Source: an uncultured Rickettsiales bacterium
Lineage (GTDB): Bacteria; Pseudomonadota; Alphaproteobacteria; Rickettsiales; JABCZZ01
NCBI GenBank assembly: GCA_964454545.1
Contig: CAYVTI010000004.1
Span: 25,105-89,104, forward strand
DNA length: 64,000 bases
Direction of reading: 5' to 3'
Shown here: in pieces, positions 47,767 through 57,601 of the stretch
Numbering within the stretch: the stretch's first letter is position 1
Layout of the letters: every line of letters begins with the position of its first letter
The notes under the pieces: model-generated
Database searches by the model: none
Seen by the model: the letters and a program-made list of their open reading frames with translations, nothing else
What the model was told of the DNA's origin: nothing
Translations under genes and position numbers: made by a program

Positions 47767-48684
47767 ATGAAAGACATGCCTCACATACGTGTAGCCACGC
47801 GCAAAAGCCCCCTTGCACTCGCACAGGCGGAAATTGTCAGGCACAAGTTGCTTACCATATTTGAAGGCATCATTGTCGATATCATCCCCATGAGCACGAC
47901 AGGCGACGAGAATATGAACCTGTCACTCGCCGAGATAGGCGGCAAGGGACTTTTCACCAAGGAACTCGAGGAAGGGCTGTTAAGCGGCAGGATCGACGTA
48001 GCGGTGCATTCCCTGAAGGATGTGGAAACCCGCTTACCGCAGGGCCTTTTGATAGCCGCCATGCTGGAGCGAGAAGACCCTCGCGATGTGCTGATTACGC
48101 GTAATGCAGAGTCTCTTTCCACGCTTGCAAAAGGCGCTTGTGTCGGAACTTCTTCATTGCGCCGCGCAGCACAGCTTAAGATCAAGCGTCCTGATCTCAG
48201 AATAGTTCCCTTCCGCGGTAATATCGCTACCCGTCTTGCCAAACTGGAAAGCGGCGTGGTAGACGCAACCATGCTGGCGCTTGCCGGGCTGAAACGTCTC
48301 CATATGGAACACAAGGCAACGGAGATCCTGAGCGTAGAAGATTTCATTCCCGCCGTCGGGCAAGGCATCATTGCCATAGAATGCCATGAGAAGAATACGG
48401 TTCTAAGGGATATGCTCATGCATATAAACCATACCCCCACTTTTATTGCCGCAACCTGCGAACGCAGCCTGCTTTCAACGCTTGATGGCTCATGCCGGAC
48501 GCCTATCGCCGGATATGCGGAACTTGAAAACGGAGTATTGCGCATTGACGCCCTGGTAGCCAACAAGAACGGTGTAAAACACGTCAGGATGAGCAAAACC
48601 GGCGATCCGGAAAAGGCCGCCGAAATAGGCAGGGAAACAGCGCTGGAAATGCTCGCCAATGGCGGGAAAGCATGCCTGACATGA
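47767..48684 (+). CDS. hemC: Porphobilinogen deaminase (hydroxymethylbilane synthase)
   Basis: 305 aa. IRVATRKSPLALAQA, TTGD, GGKGLFTKELE, AVHSLKD, GNIATRL and the cofactor Cys context LDGSCRTPIA are present. Confidence 0.93.
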   Translation: MKDMPHIRVATRKSPLALAQAEIVRHKLLTIFEGIIVDIIPMSTTGDENMNLSLAEIGGKGLFTKELEEGLLSGRIDVAVHSLKDVETRLPQGLLIAAMLEREDPRDVLITRNAESLSTLAKGACVGTSSLRRAAQLKIKRPDLRIVPFRGNIATRLAKLESGVVDATMLALAGLKRLHMEHKATEILSVEDFIPAVGQGIIAIECHEKNTVLRDMLMHINHTPTFIAATCERSLLSTLDGSCRTPIAGYAELENGVLRIDALVANKNGVKHVRMSKTGDPEKAAEIGRETALEMLANGGKACLT

Positions 48685-49394
48685 GCGGAAGAACTATCGT
48701 AATAACACGCCCGAAAGCGGACGCGCTCAAGCTCGCGGATTCTTTAAAGAGGAAAGGCTTCCGGTGTATTATAGAACCGATGCTGCTCATCCATACACTG
48801 CATGAAAATGCAAAATCGCTGGAATATGCGCTGGATCGCGTTCCTCAGGCCATACTGGTAACGAGCAAACACGCAATCACTGCTCTGTCCCTGATGACGC
48901 AGTTGCGCAATATTCCCATTGTAGCAGTGGGACAGGCAACTGCGAGCCGCGCTGCAAATCTTGGCTTTGAGAATGTTGATTTTGCGAGCGGCACTGCACA
49001 TGCGCTGATTGCCCACGTGGCAAACAAGTATTCACCTGCAAACGGACCATTGCTCTACATCCGGGGAGTAGATGTCAGCGTTGACATCGCGGCAAAACTC
49101 ATGCAACAGGATTTCATCGTTGATTCCATCACCCTTTACCAGGCGAAACCAACCCACAAACTGTCGGATGAATTGCGCAATGCGCTCGCGGACGGCATAG
49201 TCGATTCGGTGCTGTTTTTTTCACAGAACACCCTAAAAACTTATGCCAGGCTGATAACGGCCAATAGCCTGGCTGACGCCCACACACATATTACCGCCAT
49301 CTGCATGAGCCGGGCAATAGCGGATAAGGCAAAAAGCCTGCTTGCATGGAAAGAAGTTATTCTATTTCCCAGGGATATTAAGAATATTCTGTGA
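48672..49394 (+). CDS. hemD: Uroporphyrinogen-III synthase
   Basis: 240 aa. Position after and overlapping hemC, and the HemD-like pattern (IVITRP...ILVTSKHAI...FFSQNT), support the call. The family is weakly conserved, hence moderate confidence. Confidence 0.7.
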   Translation: MPDMSGRTIVITRPKADALKLADSLKRKGFRCIIEPMLLIHTLHENAKSLEYALDRVPQAILVTSKHAITALSLMTQLRNIPIVAVGQATASRAANLGFENVDFASGTAHALIAHVANKYSPANGPLLYIRGVDVSVDIAAKLMQQDFIVDSITLYQAKPTHKLSDELRNALADGIVDSVLFFSQNTLKTYARLITANSLADAHTHITAICMSRAIADKAKSLLAWKEVILFPRDIKNIL

Positions 49395-49398
49395 ACGA

Positions 49399-49902
49399 TT
49401 AAAACTTCTCGTTCTTATATACGCCCCAGATACTGGCCTTCTGTATCCATCCCTTATGGCCTGCGATCTGCATCTTGCACCATCCCAGATCACATTCGAG
49501 CAGTTTGCCCGTAACGCCAGGCTCGGCACGGATGACCGGCGCGGAATGTTCATCCGGCGCTCTTCTCAGCACGCCAATATTCTTTTTTATGATTGCCGTG
49601 CGCTTGCCCTGTAGCATCTGCTTGTGCACCCAGCCGACCGTACCGTCGGAATCCCGCACCTGTCTCCACTCTTCAAATTCCCGGATAATCTCTACAGGCA
49701 GTCCCTCATGCTTATACACCCAGTTGATGTTATAACGCGACCCCGGCCCTATGCGCATATTCACGTCATCCGACCTCAGCGAAGCGAAGCGGGGAACCGG
49801 TAATTCTCCGTTATTATCCCCGGCAGAGCATGGCACGTTATACAGCGCCATAAGCAACATCGCTCCGTAAAAGCCTATATGCGATGACAGTTTTCTAGCC
49901 AT
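49399..49902 (-). CDS. SH3-like domain protein (DUF1058-type), secreted
   Basis: 167 aa with a signal-like N-terminus. Two bacterial SH3-like repeats are present (PRFASLRSDDVNMRIGPG...VGWVHKQML; GVLRRAP...GWCKMQIAGHKGWI). Confidence 0.75.
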   Translation of the reverse strand: MARKLSSHIGFYGAMLLMALYNVPCSAGDNNGELPVPRFASLRSDDVNMRIGPGSRYNINWVYKHEGLPVEIIREFEEWRQVRDSDGTVGWVHKQMLQGKRTAIIKKNIGVLRRAPDEHSAPVIRAEPGVTGKLLECDLGWCKMQIAGHKGWIQKASIWGVYKNEKF

Positions 49903-49907
49903 AAATC

Positions 49908-51158
49908 CTAAGAAAGCTCCTGTTTATAGGCATCTTTGTAACCCATGAAAGAGAGGAATGAAATAACCGCGCACACCATAATGCACGCTGCGACTATAGT
50001 ATTCATCTGCATCTCATTGACAAGCCATGTTTCAACTACCGGCGTCAGTCCACCGAATACCGCCGCTATGTTATAGGAAACCGCCATTCCGGTATAACGC
50101 ACGCTGGTGGGAAACAGTTCAACCAGAAGCGCCGGCACAGCCCCGACATAGAACGCCACGATGACGGTAAACAGGATATTAGCGACAAGAATATGGCCAA
50201 ACCCACCCTGCATCATCAAAATGAATATGGGAAAGGCCGCGAAGAAATAGGCTACCGCCACCCGCATCAGCACATACTTACGCCCGTATATGTCGGTAAG
50301 GTGCGCCGTAAGTGGCACCAGCAGCATCATGACCACCATGCTGATCGTGCTTATGGTATAAGCGCTCCTCAGCGAAAGTCCCAGCCCGGTTACCATAAAT
50401 CCGTTAAGAAATACCGTCAGGGTATAAAAAGGCACCGTCACGGCAATATAGATACCAATGCCACGTAGCAATTCTATCTTATGGCCTTTGAAAGTATGGA
50501 TAACCGGACTTTCGGACAGCCTGCCTTCATCTCTTGCCTTCTCATAATGGGGACTTTCATCGGTATTATTACGTATGTAGTATCCGACAAAGGCAATAGC
50601 AACGCCAAACAAGAAGGGTATACGCCATCCCCAGCTCTGCAGGTCCTGCGGGCTCAGGCACTCTGAAAGCGTTGTAGCAATGAGCGAGCCAAGCAGCATT
50701 CCTGCGCACAGGCTGAGCACGGTAGCGCTTCCGGCAAGACCACGTCTTTCTATGGGGGAATGCTCCACTATGAACGTGATGGAACCGCTGAACTGTCCTG
50801 CAAGGGAAAGCCCCTGTGAAAGCCTTATCAGCGTCAGCAGAACAGGAGCCGCAATGCCTATGGAATTATACGCAGGGAGCAATCCGATGCACCCGGTAGG
50901 GATCGCCATCATGAGAATAGACAAGGTCAGGGAAAATTTGCGTCCGAACTTGTCGCCGATATAACCGAATAAAACCGCGCCTATGGGGCGCATGATGAAC
51001 CCTGCGGCGAACACGCCATAGGTAGCGATCATCTGTATATATACATCATGCCCGGGGAAAAAGAGCCTGCCAAGCAGCGGAGACAGATAACCGTAAAGTG
51101 CGAAATCATACCACTCCAGCCCGTTACCAATCATTCCAGCGATAACAACTCTGCGCAT
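49908..51158 (-). CDS. MFS transporter (metabolite:H+ symporter family-like)
   Basis: 416 aa, about 12 TM. N-terminal GNGLEWYDFALYGY and GDKFGRK motifs are typical of the MHS subfamily. Confidence 0.85.
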   Translation of the reverse strand: MRRVVIAGMIGNGLEWYDFALYGYLSPLLGRLFFPGHDVYIQMIATYGVFAAGFIMRPIGAVLFGYIGDKFGRKFSLTLSILMMAIPTGCIGLLPAYNSIGIAAPVLLTLIRLSQGLSLAGQFSGSITFIVEHSPIERRGLAGSATVLSLCAGMLLGSLIATTLSECLSPQDLQSWGWRIPFLFGVAIAFVGYYIRNNTDESPHYEKARDEGRLSESPVIHTFKGHKIELLRGIGIYIAVTVPFYTLTVFLNGFMVTGLGLSLRSAYTISTISMVVMMLLVPLTAHLTDIYGRKYVLMRVAVAYFFAAFPIFILMMQGGFGHILVANILFTVIVAFYVGAVPALLVELFPTSVRYTGMAVSYNIAAVFGGLTPVVETWLVNEMQMNTIVAACIMVCAVISFLSFMGYKDAYKQELS

Positions 51159-51195
51159 AGTTCTTATCGCGTCCCCGGCCTATAACACATAGCTG

Positions 51196-52473
51196 TTATT
51201 TTACTTTCACAAGAATATGATGCTTCTTCCCCGAGCTTATCTTGATATAGTCTTTTTTCTCCATATGCAATAGCGTTATGGGAATTTTCGGATCTTCGAT
51301 TTTTTTATCATTTACACGTCCGCCACCGCCTTCAATCAGCTTGCGAGCCTCCCCTTTGCTTTCCTTCAATCCTGCCATATGGAATAATTCGTAAGCAGGA
51401 ATACCGGTTTCCAGAGCGGATTCCTCAATGAAGATCGTTTTCAGGTTCTCTCCTACGCTGCCTTCCTCAAAGGTTTTGCGGGCAGTTTCGGCTGCTTCCC
51501 TTGCCGCCGTCTCACCGTGGCATAGTTTTGTAGCTTCATTCGCAAGGATCTTTTTGGCCTCATTGATTTCCGTGCCCTGTAACGCTTCAAGCCTCTTTAT
51601 CTCACTGATTGGAAGCTCTGTGAAAAGGCGCAAGAACCTGCCGACATCACCATCCTCCGTGTTGCGCCAGAACTGCCAGTAATCAAACGGAGAAAGCATG
51701 TCGGCATTGAGCCATACCGCGCCGCTTGCCGTCTTGCCCATCTTGGCGCCGGACGCGGTGGTGATGAGCGGCGTGGTGAGGCCGAATAATCCATCAAATG
51801 TGTTTTGTTTTCCTTGATTCTTTTCCGCCATCAGCCTGCGGTTCAATTCCATTCCGTTTACAATATTGCCCCACTGCTCACGCCCGCCGAATTGGAGACG
51901 GCAACCATATCTTTCATATAATTCCACGAAGTCATAAGCTTGCAGAATCATATAATTGAATTCAAGAAATGTAAGCTCTTGTTCACGCTCTAACCGTATT
52001 CTCACACTTTCCATGTCAAGCATGCGATTTACATTGAAGTGCCTGCCGTAATCTCTTAGGAACTCTATATAGTTTAGCTTATCCAGCCAGTCCGCATTGT
52101 TAACCATCAATGCATTTCCGCTATCCTCAGGGAAACGTATATATCTTTCGAATATCCGTTTGATGCTTTCCATATTGGCATAAATCTGATCTTCGCTCAG
52201 CAACCTGCGCGCTTCATCCTTGCCGGACGGATCTCCCACTTTCGTAGTGCCGCCCCCCATGAGTACAATCGGCTTATGCCCGCATTTCTGCAGCCAGTGA
52301 AGGATCATAATCTGTATCAGATTGCCTACATGAAGGCTGGACGCTGTGCAGTCAAAGCCTATATAGGCGGCGACCTTTTCCCTGGAAAGCAAGCGATCCA
52401 GGCCTTCCATATCCGTGCACTGGTGCAGGAACCCGCGTTCTTCTATAATGTTAAGAAATTCTGACTTATGCAT
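51196..52473 (-). CDS. tyrS: Tyrosine--tRNA ligase
   Basis: 425 aa. Shows a HIGH-type motif (SSLHVGNL), KMGKT (KMSKS-type) and a C-terminal S4-like domain. Confidence 0.95.
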   Translation of the reverse strand: MHKSEFLNIIEERGFLHQCTDMEGLDRLLSREKVAAYIGFDCTASSLHVGNLIQIMILHWLQKCGHKPIVLMGGGTTKVGDPSGKDEARRLLSEDQIYANMESIKRIFERYIRFPEDSGNALMVNNADWLDKLNYIEFLRDYGRHFNVNRMLDMESVRIRLEREQELTFLEFNYMILQAYDFVELYERYGCRLQFGGREQWGNIVNGMELNRRLMAEKNQGKQNTFDGLFGLTTPLITTASGAKMGKTASGAVWLNADMLSPFDYWQFWRNTEDGDVGRFLRLFTELPISEIKRLEALQGTEINEAKKILANEATKLCHGETAAREAAETARKTFEEGSVGENLKTIFIEESALETGIPAYELFHMAGLKESKGEARKLIEGGGGRVNDKKIEDPKIPITLLHMEKKDYIKISSGKKHHILVKVK

Positions 52474-52475
52474 TT

Positions 52476-54440
52476 TCAGACTCGCATCGGCATGATGATC
52501 ATATTGTTGCCAAGACTGTGCAGGCGGCGCTGGATGATGTAGGCGTTCTGGTTGTAAAGGAACTGGGTGAAAAGATTTTCATCATCAAATATCAGCCTGC
52601 TGGAGAAAAATACCGATTTAGGGAAATCTTCGGTCACCTTATCGGTCAGCTCCGATACTTTCGCGACCACGTCCGTACCAAACGCCATATAAGAGGTAGC
52701 TGCCAATCCCCGCGCATGACAATAATTGATGTAATGCTGCAACGAGTTCTTGAACTCGTTACGCATGGCCTTTGCATTACCTGTCTCCGCCAGATTGCCG
52801 GAATCCACTTCGCCCACGCTTATGAAAACGAAGTTCTTATAGATGCCGGGAAACAGGCGCAGTACCCATAAGAGTGTGTGCATGCCACTGCCTATGCATT
52901 CGTTCACTATGAAGACGGCCGTCTGCTGCGTGGGATCAAGCTTGGGCGGATCGGCAACGGCTTTCTGCTTCATATCCGCAAAGAGTTCATCGGCAAGCGC
53001 AAGTTTCTGGCTTACCCTTTCATAGCTTTTGCGAATCCAGAGTCCCAGCAGGATAACACCGCTCGTGATAAGGATGGTGAGCCATCCTCCGGCAAAGAAT
53101 TTCTCCGTTGTGGTAATGATCAGAATACTTGAGCACACAAAGAGACCCAGTGCGGATATCATAAATTTCCCCAGCCACGGCTTCTGTTCCCTGTGCTGCC
53201 TGAGCCAGTACCTGGAAAGTCCTAACAAGGATAAAGAGAAGGTCAGGAACACGTTAATACTGTAAAGCACCACCAGGACACTTACATCCCCCTCAGTTAC
53301 CAACAGCACGATCAAGGAAGAGATTCCCATCAGCGTAATCCCGTGCTTGGTCACCAGGCGGCTCGAAAGGGAACTGAAGAAATGCGGCATCCATTTGTCA
53401 GTCGCCATATTGGCGAGTACCGCAGGACCGGCAAGAAATCCCGTATTAGCCGCCACAAGCAGCAGTCCCGCTTCCAGCGACAGGACTATGGTAAGCATGA
53501 TTTTTGAAATATCCTTGCCGCCTATCTGCCAGCCCTGCATGATGCTGCGGAAAGCGACTGCGTTAAGGGTCTGGCCATCCTGGTGCTCAGAACCCCACAA
53601 AAGATATAGGATAATGATGCCGCCAGCGGTAAACGCCAGTGAGAATGCCAGCATGAACATCGTCATCTTTCCGGTTTTCACACGCGGCTCCGCGAGGGTC
53701 GTCACATAGTTGGAGACCGCTTCCAGCCCGGTATAGGTACCACCTCCCAGCGAGAATGCCTTGAGGAACAGCGACGCAACGAATACGAACCCCATCGCCT
53801 GCGTCATCAGGCGTGTTTCATCGATTGCTTGCGGAATAAGGACAGGCAGTCCCTTCGCATGCATCACGATGCCATATATGATGAGAAATGCATGGGTTAG
53901 CACAAAACCCAGAAAAATGGGCATCAGTACCTTTATCGATTCCTTTACCCCTCGCAGGTTCAGCAAAACCAGCAGCATGATAAGGAGGCATTCAACCACA
54001 ATCTTTATATGCAGGAGGCTTTCCGGCAAGAGACTGAAAAACGCGTCAACTCCGCTCGCGACGGAAATCGCGATCGTCAGGACATAATCCACAATCAGGG
54101 CGGAACCGGATATAAGCCCGGCATAGGGACCAATCAAAGTGCTTGCAACCCTGTACCCGCCGCCGCCATTGGGGAAAAGCTCAATAACCTGCGTATAGGC
54201 AAGCGAAATGATAAATACCGTTAATGCAGTGGCGATAGCCAGATAAATGGCAAGCTGGGTATGCCCCCGCAAGGCGAGGAAAGCCTCCTCCGGGCCGTAG
54301 CAGGAAGACGACAGGCCGTCCGCCCCCAGCCCGATCCACGCAAGGAACGCGATCAACGCGATGCTGTGATGGGTATGCTTGCTGAACGGGTCACGCGGCG
54401 GACCAAACAGCACATACTTTATGGTATTGATATTATTCAT
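52476..54440 (-). CDS. APC superfamily permease with a C-terminal cytoplasmic domain
   Basis: 654 aa. N-terminal [21 protein letters not shown] and about 12 TM segments are followed by a roughly 190 aa soluble tail. Confidence 0.82.
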   Translation of the reverse strand: MNNINTIKYVLFGPPRDPFSKHTHHSIALIAFLAWIGLGADGLSSSCYGPEEAFLALRGHTQLAIYLAIATALTVFIISLAYTQVIELFPNGGGGYRVASTLIGPYAGLISGSALIVDYVLTIAISVASGVDAFFSLLPESLLHIKIVVECLLIMLLVLLNLRGVKESIKVLMPIFLGFVLTHAFLIIYGIVMHAKGLPVLIPQAIDETRLMTQAMGFVFVASLFLKAFSLGGGTYTGLEAVSNYVTTLAEPRVKTGKMTMFMLAFSLAFTAGGIIILYLLWGSEHQDGQTLNAVAFRSIMQGWQIGGKDISKIMLTIVLSLEAGLLLVAANTGFLAGPAVLANMATDKWMPHFFSSLSSRLVTKHGITLMGISSLIVLLVTEGDVSVLVVLYSINVFLTFSLSLLGLSRYWLRQHREQKPWLGKFMISALGLFVCSSILIITTTEKFFAGGWLTILITSGVILLGLWIRKSYERVSQKLALADELFADMKQKAVADPPKLDPTQQTAVFIVNECIGSGMHTLLWVLRLFPGIYKNFVFISVGEVDSGNLAETGNAKAMRNEFKNSLQHYINYCHARGLAATSYMAFGTDVVAKVSELTDKVTEDFPKSVFFSSRLIFDDENLFTQFLYNQNAYIIQRRLHSLGNNMIIMPMRV

Positions 54441-54447
54441 TTAGGCA

Positions 54448-55335
54448 TTAATCTTTCAGATGATGACCGAGCTTGGATGCCTTGGTTTTAAGGTATCTGC
54501 GGTTATGCATATTCGTTTCCGTCACTACCGGTTCGCGTCTTACCACTTCTATGCCATACCTTGCAAGCGCTTTAATCTTCTCCGGATTATTGGTAATCAG
54601 CGTCACCTTGTGGAGACCTATGGATCTGAGCATTTCTGCGGCTACGGCGAAATCGCGCTCGTCGGGAAGAAAGCCCAGCGCTTCGTTTGCTTCCACCGTA
54701 TCCATGCCTTCATCCTGCAACTCATAGGCGCGGAGCTTATTGGCAATGCTTATCCCCCGCCCTTCCTGGCTTAAATAGAGGATGATCCCATTTTTCTGCT
54801 TCCCTATTATCATCAACGCTTTATGCAGCTGGTTGCCGCAATCGCAGCGCAGGCTGCCCAGTACATCCCCCGTAATGCATGAGGAATGGATTCTCACGTA
54901 AGGCGCGGCCTGCTTTTGCGGCTCACCGACGACAATCGCCAGATGCTCCTGATGGCCGAAACGCGGCCTGAAGGCGATAATAGTCGTCTCGCCCGCATCC
55001 TTAAGCGGAACACGGGCTTCACTTATCTTTTCGATGCCGGAGGCAAGCGCCAGAGGGTAATCCGCAATAGCCTGGGCAGTTACTTCCAGCAAATTATCGC
55101 TGGAACCTGCGGCGTCCTTCTCTATAACAGCGTCAGGAAGCAACCCGGCGATTTTCATCAGTTTTACCGCCGGATGATTACTGTCCGTTATAACGTCTTT
55201 GCCCTTCTTATATTCCCCTGCCGCTACCCGGATATTTTTCCCTTTTATTCCTGAAATAATAACAGACTGGCCGCGCCGCAAATCGCTTGCCGCCCGTTCC
55301 ACTTGTAAAATTATCTGTGAATGTTTGTCGCTCAT
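54448..55335 (-). CDS. ribA: GTP cyclohydrolase II with an N-terminal extension
   Basis: 295 aa. The zinc/catalytic region is VRIHSSCITGDVLGSLRCDCGNQL...LYLSQEGRGISIANKLRAYELQDEGMDTVEAN. Confidence 0.85.
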   Translation of the reverse strand: MSDKHSQIILQVERAASDLRRGQSVIISGIKGKNIRVAAGEYKKGKDVITDSNHPAVKLMKIAGLLPDAVIEKDAAGSSDNLLEVTAQAIADYPLALASGIEKISEARVPLKDAGETTIIAFRPRFGHQEHLAIVVGEPQKQAAPYVRIHSSCITGDVLGSLRCDCGNQLHKALMIIGKQKNGIILYLSQEGRGISIANKLRAYELQDEGMDTVEANEALGFLPDERDFAVAAEMLRSIGLHKVTLITNNPEKIKALARYGIEVVRREPVVTETNMHNRRYLKTKASKLGHHLKD

Positions 55336-55339
55336 TTTA

Positions 55340-56275
55340 TTATAGGGTTACATCGCCTTCAAGAAATGCCTTTGGATTATAGCCGAAGTCTTCCACGGCG
55401 GGTATGATATCAAATACCAGATCGCGGTTCATACGTCTTAGTACTTCACCATTTATATGGGTAAATGGAAAGAGTTTTTCAACATGATCCAGAAGTACCG
55501 GAAGAAAAGGGATATTAACGAGTTTTGGCTTTTTTCCCAGATAAAGGAACAATTTTCCAACCATAGCTCGATATGCAAGCGGCTTGCCGCCGCCCAGATT
55601 GTAGGATTTACCATAGGTGCGGGCGTTATCCATGATGGCAAGCGCGGCATCTGCCAGATCAACCGCCTGCACCGGCTGCCTTAGGCCGCTTGCTGGCAAG
55701 CAGACCGGAACCACGCCAAATTTACGTATCATGCGTGCCATTCTTGTAATATTGGCGTCCATACCCATCCCATAAATCATGGTGGGCCTTAGTACGGTGA
55801 CGGTTGCGGAATTACCGATGATATGGAATATTTCTTCTTCTGCTGTCTTGAGTTTTTTTACCACACCCTGCTCTTTTGGATTACCGGAGTCCATTTTTCC
55901 GAACACGGAGGTAGAGCCGAAAACGATGATTCTTCTCATGCCGCTGGCCAGCAACTGAGGCAATATACCGGGAAGTAGCCATATGGCCGCGGTATGGATA
56001 AACACATCGGCTTCTACTGCCTTGAGACCAGATCCGGAAGTCAAATCGCATTGTAGCCATCTGAGATTGGGATGGGTAAACGCAATGGAGGTCTTGTGAT
56101 AAACCCCTATGACATTCGCCCCGCCAGCAAGCGCCTTTGCCACTATGTTAAGCCCTATCTGGCCGCTTGCTCCCGTTACCATGATAGTTTTGCCAGCCAG
56201 TGAATTATTCACGCTGACCTTACCAATTAACCGCTCCAGTATTTTTTTATGGTTTATTCCGGATGTATCTCTCAT
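55340..56275 (-). CDS. NAD-dependent epimerase/dehydratase family protein
   Basis: 311 aa with a Rossmann motif MVTGASGQIGLN. An alternative start at 56182 would relieve the 11 nt divergent gap to the next gene. Confidence 0.8.
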   Translation of the reverse strand: MRDTSGINHKKILERLIGKVSVNNSLAGKTIMVTGASGQIGLNIVAKALAGGANVIGVYHKTSIAFTHPNLRWLQCDLTSGSGLKAVEADVFIHTAAIWLLPGILPQLLASGMRRIIVFGSTSVFGKMDSGNPKEQGVVKKLKTAEEEIFHIIGNSATVTVLRPTMIYGMGMDANITRMARMIRKFGVVPVCLPASGLRQPVQAVDLADAALAIMDNARTYGKSYNLGGGKPLAYRAMVGKLFLYLGKKPKLVNIPFLPVLLDHVEKLFPFTHINGEVLRRMNRDLVFDIIPAVEDFGYNPKAFLEGDVTL

Positions 56276-56286
56276 AATATCATTGT

Positions 56287-56862
56287 ATGGAACCGTTACT
56301 AGTCATCAGCGACGAGCCCGCACTTGCAGAAACCCTGGCCAGTGAGCTTCATGGGTTCACCGTAACAGGCGTGCGCGCCAGTGATGCGGAGAAATTTTTG
56401 TATAACAGTGTCTTCAGTCTGATTGTCATTGATGGCGATACCCATTATCCAGTGCATGATGGAATAAGAAATGCTGTTAAACTTAACCGCCCGATACGGC
56501 TTCGTGAGGCTATATATACCATTAAACAGCAACTTAAAAGCAGAACCGTGCCGGAAAAGGAAGAAATAAGGCTGGCAGGAGGCCACCTGTTTTCCGTACA
56601 GGATAAGACGATATGCTCCGATGATGGCACTACCCGCGTAACGCTTACCGACAAGGAAGCTGAATTATTGCGCTACATTGGCAGAAACCACCAGGAAATC
56701 CTGTCACGCAGCGAATTGTTGAAAAATGTATGGGGATACGGGAATGACATCAATACCCATACGCTGGAAACGCACATTTACCGGCTGAGAAGCAAGCTAA
56801 AACAGCTGGATGAAAATCTGGACATCGTTTTCTCAGAAGAAGGCGGATACAGGTTAAAATAA
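56287..56862 (+). CDS. Atypical OmpR/PhoB-type winged-helix regulator with a truncated receiver-like N-terminus
   Basis: 191 aa. The C-terminus LTDKEAELLRYIGRNHQEILSRSELLKNVWGYGNDINTHTLETHIYRLRSKL...GGYRL is an OmpR-type wHTH. The N-terminus (LLVISDEP...SLIVIDGD) resembles only the first half of a receiver domain. Confidence 0.7.
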   Translation: MEPLLVISDEPALAETLASELHGFTVTGVRASDAEKFLYNSVFSLIVIDGDTHYPVHDGIRNAVKLNRPIRLREAIYTIKQQLKSRTVPEKEEIRLAGGHLFSVQDKTICSDDGTTRVTLTDKEAELLRYIGRNHQEILSRSELLKNVWGYGNDINTHTLETHIYRLRSKLKQLDENLDIVFSEEGGYRLK

Positions 56863-56923
56863 CCCGGGTTCCAGGATAACATAGCCCTTTACTCTCTGAA
56901 TGATTTAGTTATTGTGGCCGCGA

Positions 56924-57125
56924 GGGGGCTACAATCCCTGCATACTACGATTATTCTTAATTAGTAGGCTCGTATCAACAAGTCCTGCTTCCGGCATGCC
57001 TTGCCGGGAGTAGGCCCAATATAATAACTCGCAAGAGTGAATAAGCCTGCGCCCGTATGTGGTGATTGTAGCTCCCGGCGTCAACCGTTTGTGGTTGGCG
57101 CCCCTTAACTTGAAATGGGAGCGCC
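56924..57125 (+). ncRNA. Candidate structured RNA / cis-regulatory 5' leader of the 57127 ORF (class unknown)
   Basis: Hand folding gives a 22 bp closing helix 56924-56945/57055-57076 (18 WC, 3 G-U, 1 mismatch). There is a central hairpin 56982-57016 and a GCAA-tetraloop hairpin 57027-57038. A 10 bp hairpin at 57077-57102 competes with an alternative pairing 57097-57104/57117-57125 that covers the SD GGGAG. All six wobble pairs are G-U on the plus strand. Confidence 0.4.
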
Positions 57126-57126
57126 T

Positions 57127-57423
57127 ATGTATTTCGAGACCCTCTGGAAACTGACCGACGTGGTTATGGAAATCCTGCGCGAGGAGCATGACGATATGAC
57201 CTCCGCCAATTATTACCACGAAGCGGAAAAGATCGTTAAGGATCACTTCGCCTTGCGAGGAGTAATCATTACGGATGAATCCGCCTATGCATTGATAAGG
57301 AGCGCTGTCAAGGAAATGCTCAGGACGCTACCCGATCCCAAAGGCTTCGTCGAGACCTCCCATTTGCGGGATATATTCGGGGAGCTGCAGCAGTTTATGG
57401 TAAGGCTGCTCAGGGAAATGTAA
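57127..57423 (+). CDS. Hypothetical small protein (98 aa)
   Basis: An ATG with a GGGAG SD 5 nt upstream gives MYFETLWKLTDVVMEILREEHDD... No recognisable motif. It lies downstream of the structured leader. Confidence 0.5.
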   Translation: MYFETLWKLTDVVMEILREEHDDMTSANYYHEAEKIVKDHFALRGVIITDESAYALIRSAVKEMLRTLPDPKGFVETSHLRDIFGELQQFMVRLLREM

Positions 57424-57601
57424 TGGTTTTAGCAACATCCTGTGAACCGTCATTCTGCGATTTGACATTTAGCCTGAGATTCCACGCTTCCGCGCGGAAC
57501 AAAGCGGATAAGGATTTAGAACACAAGAAACTGCGAAATCTGAATCCAGCAACAACGCTGATCGAGCCGCAGTAGGATATATATAGATATTCATACTAAC
57601 A

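Noticed and set aside
47781-48659. 292 aa minus-strand ORF spanning almost all of hemC
   Set aside because: It is a mirror-frame ORF of a well-supported hemC. The translation is Ser/Arg-rich and low complexity, with no start context.
56982-57016. SRP (4.5S) RNA, tmRNA or 6S RNA identity for the structured element
   Set aside because: The minus-strand CCGGAAGCAGGAC only superficially resembles the SRP domain IV GGAA motif. No alanine-ending tag reading frame for tmRNA is present. The rod-like shape is 6S-like, but the internal loops are much larger than I expect and no conserved 6S features can be verified by eye. It is therefore left as class unknown.
56929-57246. 105 aa minus-strand ORF overlapping the structured RNA region and the small ORF start
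   Set aside because: It has no SD or motif and spans the extensively base-paired element. The G-U pattern indicates plus-strand RNA function. The plus-strand 57127 ORF has a proper SD.
57424-57601. 178 nt convergent spacer between the small ORF and olsA, containing the TTCCGCGCGGAA palindrome
   Set aside because: I looked for a terminator, a palindromic-element family or an sRNA. Only a short GC palindrome without a U-tract is present. There are no repeats elsewhere in the window and no convincing extended structure.
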